Made by a program: the position numbers and the translations under genes. A stretch of DNA of 41,344 nucleotides from Flavobacteriaceae bacterium (lineage in GTDB: Bacteria > Bacteroidota > Bacteroidia > Flavobacteriales > Flavobacteriaceae): NCBI GenBank assembly GCA_030694835.1, contig JAUYUF010000085.1:1-41344 (forward strand), written 5' to 3'. This document shows, one piece after another, positions 1-10,033 of this stretch. Under the pieces are notes generated by a model. It did not search any database. It saw nothing but the letters and a program-made list of their open reading frames with translations, and was not told the origin of the DNA. Numbering within the stretch: position 1 is the first letter of the stretch; each line of letters opens with the position of its first letter.

Positions 1-1289
1 CCCGTTTCTACATCAATAATATAAATATCTCGTTTTGAAGGATAATCCCACGTTGATTCAATTAAATAAGGATTACTTGAAATTCCTAATATATATCGGC
101 TATTATTATCTTTTGTAGTAATTACATTTTCAAAAAAATCATCTTGAAGTATCGTAATTTGTTCTTTTTCTATATCATAAACTGACAAATACGATTTTGA
201 TCTACTTCTTTTAATGTTAAATTCTTGTTCTGACTGAATTAATTTATCATTCCAAGACCAAACAGAAACTTCTCCTAATTCATCTTTTAATAAAGTGGTG
301 TCACTATCAAATTTCTTAGTAATTAACTGCGTAAAAAAGAATAATTTTTTTCCATTATCAGAAAAATAAGGCGCTTTAAAAGTGCTCGTTTTATATCCAC
401 TTTTTAATTGTTGAAAAGAAGTATCAACCACTTTTTTAAGTAAATTATTACTCCAATAAAATAAATCGAACTTTAAAGAATCTTTCTTAATACTATCTTT
501 TGCTGATAAAAAAGCAATTTTTTGACCATCTTTTGAAGATCCAAACTGACTGAATTTTATTTTGTTGTGATCTAAAAGTGTTAATTTTTTATCCTCTAAA
601 GAATATTTATACAAAGCTTGTTTCTTTTTAAGGGTATCAATTCCTTTACTAACTAATAAAGCCTTTTCGTTTTCTATAAAACTATAGTTTTTAATTAAAA
701 AAAGCGTGTCATTGGTTTTAGTTTTCAAATTCTTAACTAATAAATAATCATCTTCAAATTTCAATGATTTTTGTTTTGTGCTAGTAGTGTCTTTTTTTGA
801 TTTTTCTTTTGCAACACTTACTTCTTTTAGTTTTTGAACAGCAACAAAATTACCATACTTTTCTGGCGACTTAAAATCTTTAATTTTTAAAATAGAATCA
901 GTAATTTGATGTTTTTTTACATCATATACATAAAAAGAATTTCTCTCCTTTTTATCTTTTTTTACTTTATCTTTTCTTTCTTTTCTATCAGTTTCAAAAG
1001 AAGGTTTTTGTTGAAAAAAAACAAAATTCTCATCAAAGTCAATTTTCGGATTAATACCTCTGTCTAACTTAAAATAAGTTTTTGATTTTGTGTTATATAC
1101 TTCAACATAAGGATTTGCAAAAGGTGTAATCGGTTCTACCTCATATACAATGACACCGCCTTTTTCAGATAATTGAGTCTCGCCCATTTTCATCCATCGA
1201 TCATAATCATCATGAGTGATAACTTTTTTCTGAGCAATTGATACGATTGATAAAAAAGATACAATTAATAAAATAATATGTTTTTTCAT
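1..1289 (-). CDS. Secreted protein, N-terminal part only (C-terminus lies beyond the window start); probably the beta-propeller region of an S9/prolyl-oligopeptidase-family peptidase
   Basis: Manual reverse-complement translation from ATG at 1289-1287 gives MKKHIILLIVSFLSIVSIAQKKVITHDDYDRWMKM... This is a signal peptide, and the frame stays open to base 3 (...ESTWDYPSKRDIYIIDVETG). It is absent from the ORF track because it runs off the edge. The catalytic domain is not in the window, so the family call rests only on resemblance to S9 N-terminal propellers. Confidence 0.5.
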   Translation of the reverse strand, partial: MKKHIILLIVSFLSIVSIAQKKVITHDDYDRWMKMGETQLSEKGGVIVYEVEPITPFANPYVEVYNTKSKTYFKLDRGINPKIDFDENFVFFQQKPSFETDRKERKDKVKKDKKERNSFYVYDVKKHQITDSILKIKDFKSPEKYGNFVAVQKLKEVSVAKEKSKKDTTSTKQKSLKFEDDYLLVKNLKTKTNDTLFLIKNYSFIENEKALLVSKGIDTLKKKQALYKYSLEDKKLTLLDHNKIKFSQFGSSKDGQKIAFLSAKDSIKKDSLKFDLFYWSNNLLKKVVDTSFQQLKSGYKTSTFKAPYFSDNGKKLFFFTQLITKKFDSDTTLLKDELGEVSVWSWNDKLIQSEQEFNIKRSRSKSYLSVYDIEKEQITILQDDFFENVITTKDNNSRYILGISSNPYLIESTWDYPSKRDIYIIDVET

Positions 1290-1291
1290 AC

Positions 1292-1834
1292 TTACTGATT
1301 TTTTAATTTTTGAATGATTTGAGTGTCTTTATTTTTTTTGATTTCAACTACTTTATTTACTTCATCATTTGGTATTACTATTGATAAAACATAATGTTCA
1401 ATTTTAAGTGCTCCATTTTTGTTTGATAAAACCCCAGATCCTCGGCAAACTCCCATCCATGTTTCTAATAACTCATCAAACCAAACAATATCTCCTTTTG
1501 AATTGAAATAGACGTTGCGTTCTAAAGCTTTAAAATCCCAGGTTTTCTTTTTATCAAAATGAGGTTTTGAAAAATCTTTAAATTGTTGAAGCGTCCAATT
1601 TTCTTTTGCATCAGTACCAATAAAAATAGAATTTGAAGACATTTTTCCAAAATAGGCTTCAAAATCATAATTAGCTACATCTCTATGCCATTGATCTAAA
1701 AAACTGTTTACTTTATTTCTTTCTGAAAAATACGAATAGGATTGATTTTGTTTTGAGTTATCTTCGGTGTTTCCTACAAAAACAAAACAACTCGAAAACA
1801 ATAATGGAATGAACAATAAGTAAAGTTTTTTCAT
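1292..1834 (-). CDS. NTF2-like (SnoaL/DUF4440-type) lipoprotein
   Basis: 180-aa ORF with a lipoprotein signal (LLFSSC). Size and pattern fit nuclear-transport-factor-2 family proteins. It lies 2 nt from the downstream gene start. Confidence 0.55.
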   Translation of the reverse strand: MKKLYLLFIPLLFSSCFVFVGNTEDNSKQNQSYSYFSERNKVNSFLDQWHRDVANYDFEAYFGKMSSNSIFIGTDAKENWTLQQFKDFSKPHFDKKKTWDFKALERNVYFNSKGDIVWFDELLETWMGVCRGSGVLSNKNGALKIEHYVLSIVIPNDEVNKVVEIKKNKDTQIIQKLKNQ

Positions 1835-1844
1835 TATATAGATT

Positions 1845-2435
1845 TTATTGTTGTTTTTTAATTTTATTCAATTTTTGTGGTGGAATTTTAACTTCCTTTG
1901 GTATAGAATCAATTAAAACTTTAGGTGTTTGAAATTGTACATCAACATTTTTTTCATTTATATTCATTAAATAAACCTGATTAATTTTTGTAATAATAGA
2001 TTCATATGCATAAATAATATTTTCAATTTTATTTTCTATTTCATCTTGTGTAATGGTGCTTATTGAACTCATATCTAAAAGTCTCAAAGATTCATTATAA
2101 AGAATATTGAATCTTGCTTTTACATCTGGTCTATTAATTTTGTCGATTGTAATACTGTCTTTTAACCTAACTAAAACCTCATTTAAATCTGCAGAATTTA
2201 ATTTAATTTCTTCAGGATTAGAATTATAAAATCGATCCATAATTTTTTCAAACTCTTCAAAATATTTGAGATCAAGAATTTCTTTTCGTGCATCATCACT
2301 TAGAAAAATAGTTTTGGTGTGAGTTTTTTGAACTACAGAAATAGTATCTTTCTTTACTTTATCATCAACTGTTTTTGGGTTTTGGTTACAACTATATAAA
2401 AGTACTACTCCAATAAAAATCAATTGTTTAATCAT
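1845..2435 (-). CDS. Hypothetical lipoprotein
   Basis: 196-aa ORF with a lipobox (VLLYSC). No recognisable catalytic motif. Confidence 0.6.
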   Translation of the reverse strand: MIKQLIFIGVVLLYSCNQNPKTVDDKVKKDTISVVQKTHTKTIFLSDDARKEILDLKYFEEFEKIMDRFYNSNPEEIKLNSADLNEVLVRLKDSITIDKINRPDVKARFNILYNESLRLLDMSSISTITQDEIENKIENIIYAYESIITKINQVYLMNINEKNVDVQFQTPKVLIDSIPKEVKIPPQKLNKIKKQQ

Positions 2436-2573
2436 CTAAATTGTATTTTGGATAAAAATACTAAATCAATTTAAATATTATGTTAAAAATAAGTTAGGAT
2501 TTTAATTATTTCCGATTCTATTTTAATGACTTATTTATGCTGATTTTCTGAATGTATTGACAATATATTTTAA

Positions 2574-2581
2574 TAAATTTG
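2574..2581 (+). promoter_or_regulatory. Bacteroidota sigma-A -7 box (TAAATTTG)
   Basis: Exact match to the TAnnTTTG consensus, 29 nt upstream of the ATG at 2610. Confidence 0.45.
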
Positions 2582-2609
2582 CTACACTATTAAAACTAAA
2601 ATAATCACC

Positions 2610-3551
2610 ATGAGTGAAAAAATATTAATTATAGGTTCGTGTGGTCAAATTGGCACCGAATTAACCATAAAATTGCGAGAACTTTACGGAAAAGATAATG
2701 TTGTTGCAGCTGATATTAACTCCGGAAGTAATGAATTAATGTATTCTGGTCCTTTTGAAATTTTAGATGCCACCAAAAAAGATGATGTCAAAAAGATTCT
2801 TAAAAAATATAAGATTACAGATGTTTATTTAATGGCGGCAATGTTATCTGCCGTTGGAGAAAAATTCCCTGAAAAAGCTTGGAATCTTAACATGAATTCA
2901 TTGCTAATTGTGTTAGATTTGGCAAAAGACGGATTCATTAAAAAAGTATTTTGGCCAAGTTCAATGGCTGCTTTCGGTCCAACTTCTCCAAAAATTGATA
3001 CTCCACAAATGACAATTATGGAACCTTCAACCGTATATGGAATCAGCAAACTAGCTGGTGAACGTTGGTGCGAATATTATCATCAAAAATTTGGAGTTGA
3101 TGTAAGAAGTATTCGTTATCCTGGTATTATCAGTTGGAAAACTAAACCAGGAGGAGGAACAACAGATTATGCTATAGATATATTTTACAAAGCTGTTTCT
3201 CATGAAAATTACACTTGTTTCTTATCTGAAAATACCCGTTTACCTATGATGTATATGGAAGATGCTATAAAAGCTACGGTAGATATTATGCAAGCAGATA
3301 GTTCAAAAATTAAAGTTCGATCATCATACAATTTATCGGCTATTGATTTTACACCAGCTGAAGTCTATGAAGAAATAAAAAAACATTATCCAGATTTTAA
3401 AGTAACTTATGCTCCAGATTTTAGACAAGCAATTGCCGATAGTTGGCCTCAAAGAATTGATGATTCTGTTGCAAGAAAAGATTGGGGATGGAATCATTCA
3501 TTTGACTTGAAAAAAATGTCGGATGATATGATTAAAAATCTTGCTAATTAA
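2610..3551 (+). CDS. tdh: NAD-dependent epimerase/dehydratase family protein, L-threonine 3-dehydrogenase type
   Basis: N-terminal Rossmann motif IIGSCGQIG and SDR YxxxK (YGISK). The 313-aa length matches the extended-SDR threonine dehydrogenases of Flavobacteria. Confidence 0.75.
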   Translation: MSEKILIIGSCGQIGTELTIKLRELYGKDNVVAADINSGSNELMYSGPFEILDATKKDDVKKILKKYKITDVYLMAAMLSAVGEKFPEKAWNLNMNSLLIVLDLAKDGFIKKVFWPSSMAAFGPTSPKIDTPQMTIMEPSTVYGISKLAGERWCEYYHQKFGVDVRSIRYPGIISWKTKPGGGTTDYAIDIFYKAVSHENYTCFLSENTRLPMMYMEDAIKATVDIMQADSSKIKVRSSYNLSAIDFTPAEVYEEIKKHYPDFKVTYAPDFRQAIADSWPQRIDDSVARKDWGWNHSFDLKKMSDDMIKNLAN

Positions 3552-3565
3552 TTCGATTAACCACT

Positions 3566-3610
3566 GAAAATCATAGTTTATTATTATTAATAACTATGAT
3601 TTTCTTTTTA
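3566..3610 (+). terminator. Rho-independent terminator
   Basis: Perfect 13-bp stem gaaaatcatagtt (3566-3578) / aactatgattttc (3592-3604), followed by TTTTT. Confidence 0.85.
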
Positions 3611-3618
3611 ATAAAACT

Positions 3619-4221
3619 ATGAAAAAAATTATCCAACAAAGTTTACAAAAAGGAATTGATTATATTACTTATCGTCAGTTAATTACTGATTTATTAAAAG
3701 AAGGAAAATCTACTGGAACAACTGAAAATCCAGAATATTTTCAGTTTAGCGAACTGAATAACAGTAGAATGAATCGATTGGATAAAACCATCAAGATTTT
3801 AGAATCACATCAAAATCAATTACAAAATCTCTCCAAAAAAATTACTTTTTTGACAATTTCTGAAGGTTGGTGTGGTGATGCTGCTCAAATTGTACCTGTA
3901 TTAAATAAATTAGCAAACAGCAGTGATAACATCGATTTAAAAATAGTGATTCGTGATGAAAATCCTGAGCTGATGGATTTATTTTTAACCAATGGAAACA
4001 GAGCTGTTCCAATGTTATTAATCATAGATTCTGAAACCAATGAATTTATTAGCAAATGGGGACCAAGACCTCAAATTGCTAGTCAAATGGTAATAGATTA
4101 TAAAACACTACACGGAGTCATTGACGAAAATTTTAAAATTCAATTACAAAATTGGTATAATGCTGACAAAGGAATTGAAATTCAAAATGAAGTGATGAAG
4201 CTTATGCAACCATCTTTATAA
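3619..4221 (+). CDS. Thioredoxin-fold family protein
   Basis: 200-aa ORF with a WCGD motif in a thioredoxin-like context (TISEGWCGDAAQIVP). Confidence 0.65.
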   Translation: MKKIIQQSLQKGIDYITYRQLITDLLKEGKSTGTTENPEYFQFSELNNSRMNRLDKTIKILESHQNQLQNLSKKITFLTISEGWCGDAAQIVPVLNKLANSSDNIDLKIVIRDENPELMDLFLTNGNRAVPMLLIIDSETNEFISKWGPRPQIASQMVIDYKTLHGVIDENFKIQLQNWYNADKGIEIQNEVMKLMQPSL

Positions 4222-4231
4222 AGATTTTTGT

Positions 4232-4930
4232 TTAACTTTCTAAATTAATTTGTTGAAGAAAATCATCTAAACTTAACGCATTTTCAACTGAAAATTCTCC
4301 AATTTTTGTGCGTCTTAATGCAGAAAGATGTGAACCTGTATTCATTGCTTTTCCAAAATCGTTGGCTATGGAGCGGATATAAGTTCCCTTACTGCATTTA
4401 ATTCTGAAATCAATTAAAGGTAGGTCAATTTTGGTAATTTCAAATTGGTGAACCGTAACTTTTCTCGATTCCATTTCAATCGATTCGCCTTTTCGAGCGC
4501 TGTCATAAGCGCGTTTTCCATCCTTTTGAATGGCTGAAAAAATGGGTGGAACTTGGTTAATTTCGCCTAAAAATTGTTGTACCGTTTCTTTGATTAATTG
4601 GTCGGTTACATGAGCGTAATCAAAATGTTGATCAAAATCGGTTTCTAAATCGTAACTGGGAGTTGTGTTTCCCAACTTAATTGTTCCGGTATATTCTTTA
4701 AACAATCCTTGGTATTCATCAATTTTTTTGGTGAATTTTCCGGTACAAATAATTAGTAATCCGGTGGCTAAAGGATCTAAAGTTCCGGCATGTCCCACTT
4801 TAATTTTCTTTAAATCAAACTTTCTTTTAATGGCCGATCGCATTCTATTTACTACTTGAAAAGAGGTCCAATGCAAGGGTTTGTCAATCAGTAAAGCTTG
4901 ACCTTCAACTATAGTTTCCAATAAAATCAT
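4232..4930 (-). CDS. truB: tRNA pseudouridine(55) synthase
   Basis: GHAGTLDPLATGLL catalytic Asp motif. 232 aa. Confidence 0.95.
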   Translation of the reverse strand: MILLETIVEGQALLIDKPLHWTSFQVVNRMRSAIKRKFDLKKIKVGHAGTLDPLATGLLIICTGKFTKKIDEYQGLFKEYTGTIKLGNTTPSYDLETDFDQHFDYAHVTDQLIKETVQQFLGEINQVPPIFSAIQKDGKRAYDSARKGESIEMESRKVTVHQFEITKIDLPLIDFRIKCSKGTYIRSIANDFGKAMNTGSHLSALRRTKIGEFSVENALSLDDFLQQINLES

Positions 4931-5728
4931 TTAAATAATTGATAAAGGGTATATGAAAAAATGAATAAATAATAAGGCTATACCAACTATAATGCGGTAA
5001 TAACCAAAGATTTTAAATCCGTGTTTAGTTAAGTAATCTATAAAAGATTTAATGGCAATCATTGCCACCACAAAAGCGATTATATTTCCAATAATTAAAA
5101 TATTAAACTGTTGAGAAGTGAGTTCAAATCCGTTGTTAAAATATTCGTATAATTTAAGGCAAGTTGCACCTAACATTGTTGGAATTGCTAGAAAAAAAGA
5201 AAACTCAGCTGCTGCTCGTCTGCATAATTTTTGGCTCATTCCACCTACAATTGTTGCTCCACTTCGCGAAACTCCAGGAATCATGGCAATAGTTTGAAAA
5301 AATCCAATTTTTAATGCTGTACTATAAGAAACATTAGTATTGGTAATTGTTTCTTCGGTATCTGGAAACCAATTATCAACTTTTAAAAGTATGAATCCGC
5401 CTAAAACCAAAGAAATGGCAACGGTAACCGGACTTTCAAGCAAATCATTAATTACATCATTTAAAAGTAATCCTAAAATTACGGCGGGAATAAAAGCTAC
5501 TAAGAGTTTAAAATAAAAATCAAAAGTTTGAAAAAAGCGTTTCCAATACAAAATGATTACAGAAAAAATAGCGCCTAACTGAATTACAATAATGAATAAT
5601 TTAGTAAAATCGTCTTGAGCAATTTTCATAAATGAGGAAGCAATAATCATGTGACCAGTTGAAGAAATTGGTAGAAATTCGGTTATTCCTTCAATAATGG
5701 CAATAATAATTGCTTGTAAATAACTCAT
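4931..5728 (-). CDS. uppP: Undecaprenyl-diphosphate phosphatase
   Basis: N-terminal EGITEFLPISSTGH motif and a polytopic membrane protein. Directly abuts truB. Confidence 0.95.
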   Translation of the reverse strand: MSYLQAIIIAIIEGITEFLPISSTGHMIIASSFMKIAQDDFTKLFIIVIQLGAIFSVIILYWKRFFQTFDFYFKLLVAFIPAVILGLLLNDVINDLLESPVTVAISLVLGGFILLKVDNWFPDTEETITNTNVSYSTALKIGFFQTIAMIPGVSRSGATIVGGMSQKLCRRAAAEFSFFLAIPTMLGATCLKLYEYFNNGFELTSQQFNILIIGNIIAFVVAMIAIKSFIDYLTKHGFKIFGYYRIIVGIALLFIHFFIYPLSII

Positions 5729-5731
5729 TAA

Positions 5732-5986
5732 TTACTTTTTAGGATTGGTAAAAATGGCGTAAATTTCAATAGCAAAACCTATTAAAATTAAAGTTGGTGC
5801 TAAACGGATTCTCCTAAAATTATACATCGCTTCATTAAAAACTTTTGGATCATCGCTTCCGCCACCTGCCATTAAAATAAATCCAACAGCAATAAAAAGG
5901 ATTCCAATAATCATGATCAGGTAATTCTTTTTGCCAAATAAAAAGTTGGTTTCTGGAGTCGTTTTCTGATTTGAATCGTTTTTCAT
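5732..5986 (-). CDS. DUF3098 small membrane protein
   Basis: 84 aa with two TM segments. It sits in the conserved Bacteroidota position between ftsX and uppP. Confidence 0.8.
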   Translation of the reverse strand: MKNDSNQKTTPETNFLFGKKNYLIMIIGILFIAVGFILMAGGGSDDPKVFNEAMYNFRRIRLAPTLILIGFAIEIYAIFTNPKK

Positions 5987-5987
5987 T

Positions 5988-6866
5988 TTAGTAATATAAT
6001 TCGTCGGTTCGTAAATTTAAAAAGCGTTGTGTTGCAAAAAAAGTACTTAAAGCTGTTATTAAAATACCAAGGATAATTGTTCCCGTAAAAAGTGTAATCA
6101 AAATACCATAATCTTTTAATAAGAGAAGTTCAGGTAAATATTTGTCAATATAAATGACTACTATTAATACAGCAATATTTGAAATTACTGCTCCAATTAT
6201 ACCCAATTTTACACTTTGTTTGATAAATGGAATGCTAATAAAGCTTCTGGTTGCTCCAACTAATTGCATTGTTTTAATGATAAATCTCTTCGAGTAGATT
6301 GATAACCTAATAGAATTATTGATGAGTACTACAGCCATAAAAGTTAAAACTCCGCTCACAACCAAAACCCAAAAACTAACTTTCTGAATGTTTTGTGTTA
6401 AAAGTGTTATGAGTGGTTTATCGTAAGAAACTTCTTCTACAACTCGGTTTTTTAAGAGTTGTTTTTCTATTTTATCAATTTTTTCTGGAGCAACAAAATC
6501 AGCATTGAGCACAATATCAATGGCATCTTTTAGCGGATTTTTACCTAAGAATTTTAAAAAATCTTCTCCAATATCTTTACTAAACTCTTCAGCGGCAGCA
6601 TCACGAGAAACAAAAGTCATCGTTTTTGTATAGGCTGCTTTTTCAACTTCTTTTTTAAAAGCTTCTACTTCAGAATCTATTGCTATATCTTTAAAGTAAA
6701 CAGTTACAACAATTTGCTCTTTAAAGTGATCGGTTATTTTTTTGGTTTTTAATACTAATAATCCTAAAATTCCAACTAAAAAAAGAATCAAAGCAATACT
6801 AACAACTACCGAAAAGTAGGAAGATCTCAGTTTTCTTTTTTGATATTTTTCAAAAGATGTAGTCAT
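5988..6866 (-). CDS. ftsX: Cell division protein FtsX-like permease
   Basis: 292 aa. One N-terminal TM, a periplasmic loop and three C-terminal TMs, which is FtsX topology. Confidence 0.85.
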   Translation of the reverse strand: MTTSFEKYQKRKLRSSYFSVVVSIALILFLVGILGLLVLKTKKITDHFKEQIVVTVYFKDIAIDSEVEAFKKEVEKAAYTKTMTFVSRDAAAEEFSKDIGEDFLKFLGKNPLKDAIDIVLNADFVAPEKIDKIEKQLLKNRVVEEVSYDKPLITLLTQNIQKVSFWVLVVSGVLTFMAVVLINNSIRLSIYSKRFIIKTMQLVGATRSFISIPFIKQSVKLGIIGAVISNIAVLIVVIYIDKYLPELLLLKDYGILITLFTGTIILGILITALSTFFATQRFLNLRTDELYY

Positions 6867-6943
6867 TGATTATTCTAAATTATAGGTTGCAAGATACAAT
6901 ATAATTCTACTTTGAAATATAGAAACAATTTGATTTTTAGCTT

Positions 6944-7348
6944 TTATACTGAAATTTCCTGACAGAGTTCTATCAACACTCCGTTGGTTGACTTTGGATG
7001 TAAAAATACAATCAATTTATTATCAGCTCCTTTTTTAGGCGTTTCATTTAAAACCACAAAACCTTCACTTTTTAATCGAGTTACTTCAGCAAATATATCA
7101 TCCACCGCAAAAGCAATATGATGAATTCCTTCTCCTTTTTTTTCAATAAATTTAGCGATCGGACTATTATCATTAGTGGCTTCTAACAATTCTATTTTAT
7201 TCGGACCGCTCTTAAAAAATGAAGTATTAACACCTTCACTTTCTACACTTTCAATCTTATATGGAGGTGTGCCAAATAGCTTAGTATAAAGTTCATTGGC
7301 TGTTTCTAAATTTTTAACTGCAATACCGATATGTTCTATTTTATGCAT
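6944..7348 (-). CDS. mce: Methylmalonyl-CoA epimerase (VOC family)
   Basis: 134 aa. IEHIGIAV ... GIHHIAF ... LIEL pattern typical of the glyoxalase-fold epimerase. Confidence 0.85.
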   Translation of the reverse strand: MHKIEHIGIAVKNLETANELYTKLFGTPPYKIESVESEGVNTSFFKSGPNKIELLEATNDNSPIAKFIEKKGEGIHHIAFAVDDIFAEVTRLKSEGFVVLNETPKKGADNKLIVFLHPKSTNGVLIELCQEISV

Positions 7349-7366
7349 AAATTAAGAGCTTTACCA

Positions 7367-7374
7367 CAAAAATA
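7367..7374 (-). promoter_or_regulatory. -7 box TATTTTTG for mce
   Basis: The reverse complement of caaaaata matches TAnnTTTG. It ends 18 nt upstream of the mce start at 7348. Confidence 0.4.
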
Positions 7375-7413
7375 AACATTCTTTGAATACAAATTATAAT
7401 GTAACTTTGCATT

Positions 7414-7806
7414 ATGGAAACAAATAGACAGAAAAAAATTGCAGGATCCATTCAGCAAGATCTTGCTGAAATCCTCCAAAAAGATGCCAATGACTTTCAT
7501 TTAAAGGTAATTATATCGGTTACGAAAGTGGATATTACAAGCGATTTATCGATTGCGAAAGTATATGTGAGTATTTTCCCTACCACAAATAGAGATCAAA
7601 TTTTTAAAGATATTGCTGAAAATGCTCAAAAATATAAACATATATTAGCTCAAAAAACGCGTCATCAGTTGCGTACAGTGCCAAATTTGTATTTTTATAA
7701 TGATGATTCTTTAGATTATATTGACGGAATTGAAAAAGCATTGCGCGGTGATGGAGAAAATCCAATTAAAAATCCTGAACTTTTACCAAAACGTAAAAAA
7801 ATATAG
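7414..7806 (+). CDS. rbfA: Ribosome-binding factor A
   Basis: 130 aa with the RbfA-type N-terminus (RQKKIAGSIQQDLAEIL). Confidence 0.9.
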   Translation: METNRQKKIAGSIQQDLAEILQKDANDFHLKVIISVTKVDITSDLSIAKVYVSIFPTTNRDQIFKDIAENAQKYKHILAQKTRHQLRTVPNLYFYNDDSLDYIDGIEKALRGDGENPIKNPELLPKRKKI

Positions 7807-9011
7807 TGAACTTTCCGTTTTACATCGCTAAACGATATTTGTTTTCAAAAAGTAGTAACAATACTATTAACATCATCACATTTATCGCTTTTTTAGGAGT
7901 TGTAATAGGAACTTTATCACTATTTATAGTTCTTTCTGGTTTTTCTGGACTCAAAACATTCAGTGTTTCTTTTTTAAATATTTCTGATCCAGATTTAAAA
8001 ATTACATCCACCGAAGGTAAAACTTTTCAGTTTTCAGATGAAATCAAAAATATTTTAGATGAAGCCAAAGGAATTACTTCTTACACAAAAGTAATTGAAG
8101 AACGCGCTTTTTTTAGCTATCACAACAGAGAAATTGTTGCTTTTATAAAAGGTGTAGATAGTAATTACTTAACTGTAAATAAAATCGACACTGCTTTAAT
8201 TGCCGGAAATTGGCTTCAATCATCTATTGAAAATGATGCAGTTGTTGGAAATGGAATTTCTTACAAATTATCACTAGGAGTTTATGATTTTTTAGAACCT
8301 TTAAAAATTTATGTACCAAAACCTGGATTAGGTTATATTGATGATCCTCGAGAAGGATTTAAAATGATTCAAACTCAAAATAATGGTATTTATGCCTTAA
8401 CAGAAGATATCGATAATAAATATGTTTTTACTGACATCAAAATTGCCCAAAATCTTCTTTCTTATGCTGATGACCAAATATCTGGAGTTGAAATAAAAGT
8501 AAGGTCTGATGAATTTATACCACAGGTTCAGAATAATTTAGAAAAAACTCTTGGAGCAAACTTTAAAATTGAAACACGCGAACAACTCAATTCATTGTTT
8601 TATAAAATGCTGAATACAGAAAATTTAGTGTTGTATTTTATTTTCACCTTGGTTTTAATCATTGCACTTTTTAATGTTATAGGTGCAATTATTATGATGA
8701 TTCTTGATAAAAAAGAAAATATAAAAACATTTTCTAATCTCGGAGTTACCATTTCAGAAATTAGACAAATATTTATATTACATGGATTTTTATTAACTCT
8801 TTTCGGATTATTTATCGGTTTAATTATTGGAAGTATTTTAATTTATTTACAAACAGAATTTCAACTTTTTATGATTACTAAAACCTTAGCATATCCAGTT
8901 GAATTCACTTTTATAAATCTTGGAATTGTAATAATAACCATTACAGTTTTAGGATTTCTAGCATCACTTATTGCTAGCAGTAGGATTTCAGCAAAAGTAA
9001 TTAATCAATAA
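7806..9011 (+). CDS. FtsX/LolE-like ABC transporter permease
   Basis: 401 aa. GTG start overlaps the rbfA stop by 1 nt (TAGTG). The N-terminus FYIAKRYLFSK is typical of the LolC/E family. One TM, a large loop and three TMs. Confidence 0.85.
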   Translation: MNFPFYIAKRYLFSKSSNNTINIITFIAFLGVVIGTLSLFIVLSGFSGLKTFSVSFLNISDPDLKITSTEGKTFQFSDEIKNILDEAKGITSYTKVIEERAFFSYHNREIVAFIKGVDSNYLTVNKIDTALIAGNWLQSSIENDAVVGNGISYKLSLGVYDFLEPLKIYVPKPGLGYIDDPREGFKMIQTQNNGIYALTEDIDNKYVFTDIKIAQNLLSYADDQISGVEIKVRSDEFIPQVQNNLEKTLGANFKIETREQLNSLFYKMLNTENLVLYFIFTLVLIIALFNVIGAIIMMILDKKENIKTFSNLGVTISEIRQIFILHGFLLTLFGLFIGLIIGSILIYLQTEFQLFMITKTLAYPVEFTFINLGIVIITITVLGFLASLIASSRISAKVINQ

Positions 9012-9993
9012 TTTTATCGCTATACTGAAATAAAATTTCATCAAATATTTTTTGAACAGTTTCAAAATCATCAGCAGTTACCAATTTTAATCGATGTTCT
9101 TTAAAGTGTGAAATTCCTTTAAAATAATTAGTGTAATGACGTCTAGTTTCTAACAGACCTAATCTTTCACCTTTCCAATCCATAGCCATTTCCAAATGTT
9201 TTTTTGCCACTGCTACACGTTCCTCTATAGATGGTTGTTCAAGATGTTTACCTGTTTCAAAAAAGTGTTTTATTTCTCTAAAAATCCAAGGATAACCAAT
9301 CGCTGCGCGTCCAATCATAGCGCCGTCTAATCCGTATTCATCTCTCATGGATTGCGCTCTTTCGGGCGAATCAACATCGCCATTACCAAAAATGGGAATA
9401 TGCATTCTTGGATTATTTTTTACCTCGGCAATCGGTTTCCAATTAGCCAATCCTTTATACATTTGATTACGGGTTCTGCCATGAATAGATAAAGCTTGAA
9501 TACCGGCATCTTGCAAAAGTTCTGCAACCCTTACAATTTCGATGGATTGTTCATCCCAACCCAAACGTGTTTTTACGGTAATGGGCAAGGAAGTATGTTT
9601 TACCATGGCTTCGGAGAGTTTTACCATGAGCGGAATATCTTTTAAAATTCCGGCGCCGGCGCCTTTACAAACTACTTTACTAACCGGGCATCCAAAATTG
9701 ATATCGATAAAATCGGGTTTAGATTGTTCAACGATTTCAACCGTTCTCAACATCGATTCCAAATTGGCACCGAATATTTGAATTCCAACCGGACGCTCTT
9801 TTTCGTAAATATCGAGTTTTACTTTGCTTTTGGCGGCATCGCGTATGAGTCCTTCGGAGGAGATAAACTCGGTATAAACCACATCAGCGCCCAATTCCTT
9901 ACAAATTGCTCTAAACGGCGGGTCGCTTACATCTTCCATCGGAGCCAATAATAGTGGGAATTTTCCTAAATCGATATTTCCAATCTTTGCCAT
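9001..9993 (-). CDS. dusB: tRNA dihydrouridine synthase B
   Basis: LLLAPMEDVSDPPFR, INFGCP and a catalytic Cys context. 330 aa. Confidence 0.95.
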   Translation of the reverse strand: MAKIGNIDLGKFPLLLAPMEDVSDPPFRAICKELGADVVYTEFISSEGLIRDAAKSKVKLDIYEKERPVGIQIFGANLESMLRTVEIVEQSKPDFIDINFGCPVSKVVCKGAGAGILKDIPLMVKLSEAMVKHTSLPITVKTRLGWDEQSIEIVRVAELLQDAGIQALSIHGRTRNQMYKGLANWKPIAEVKNNPRMHIPIFGNGDVDSPERAQSMRDEYGLDGAMIGRAAIGYPWIFREIKHFFETGKHLEQPSIEERVAVAKKHLEMAMDWKGERLGLLETRRHYTNYFKGISHFKEHRLKLVTADDFETVQKIFDEILFQYSDKIID

Positions 9994-10012
9994 TTCATTT
10001 ACGTTTTCATTG

Positions 10013-10020
10013 CAAAGTTA
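10013..10020 (-). promoter_or_regulatory. -7 box TAACTTTG for dusB
   Basis: The reverse complement of caaagtta matches TAnnTTTG. It ends 19 nt upstream of the dusB ATG at 9993. Confidence 0.45.
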
Positions 10021-10033
10021 GGATATTTTGGAG

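Noticed and set aside
7402-7409. TAACTTTG -7-like box upstream of rbfA.
   Set aside because: It ends only 4 nt before the ATG at 7414, so the predicted TSS would fall inside or after the start codon. It is probably a chance match unless the mRNA is leaderless.
9001-9011. 11-bp overlap of the convergent 3' ends of the lolE-like gene and dusB.
   Set aside because: Overlapping convergent stops are common in compact genomes. There is no additional structure to suggest regulation.
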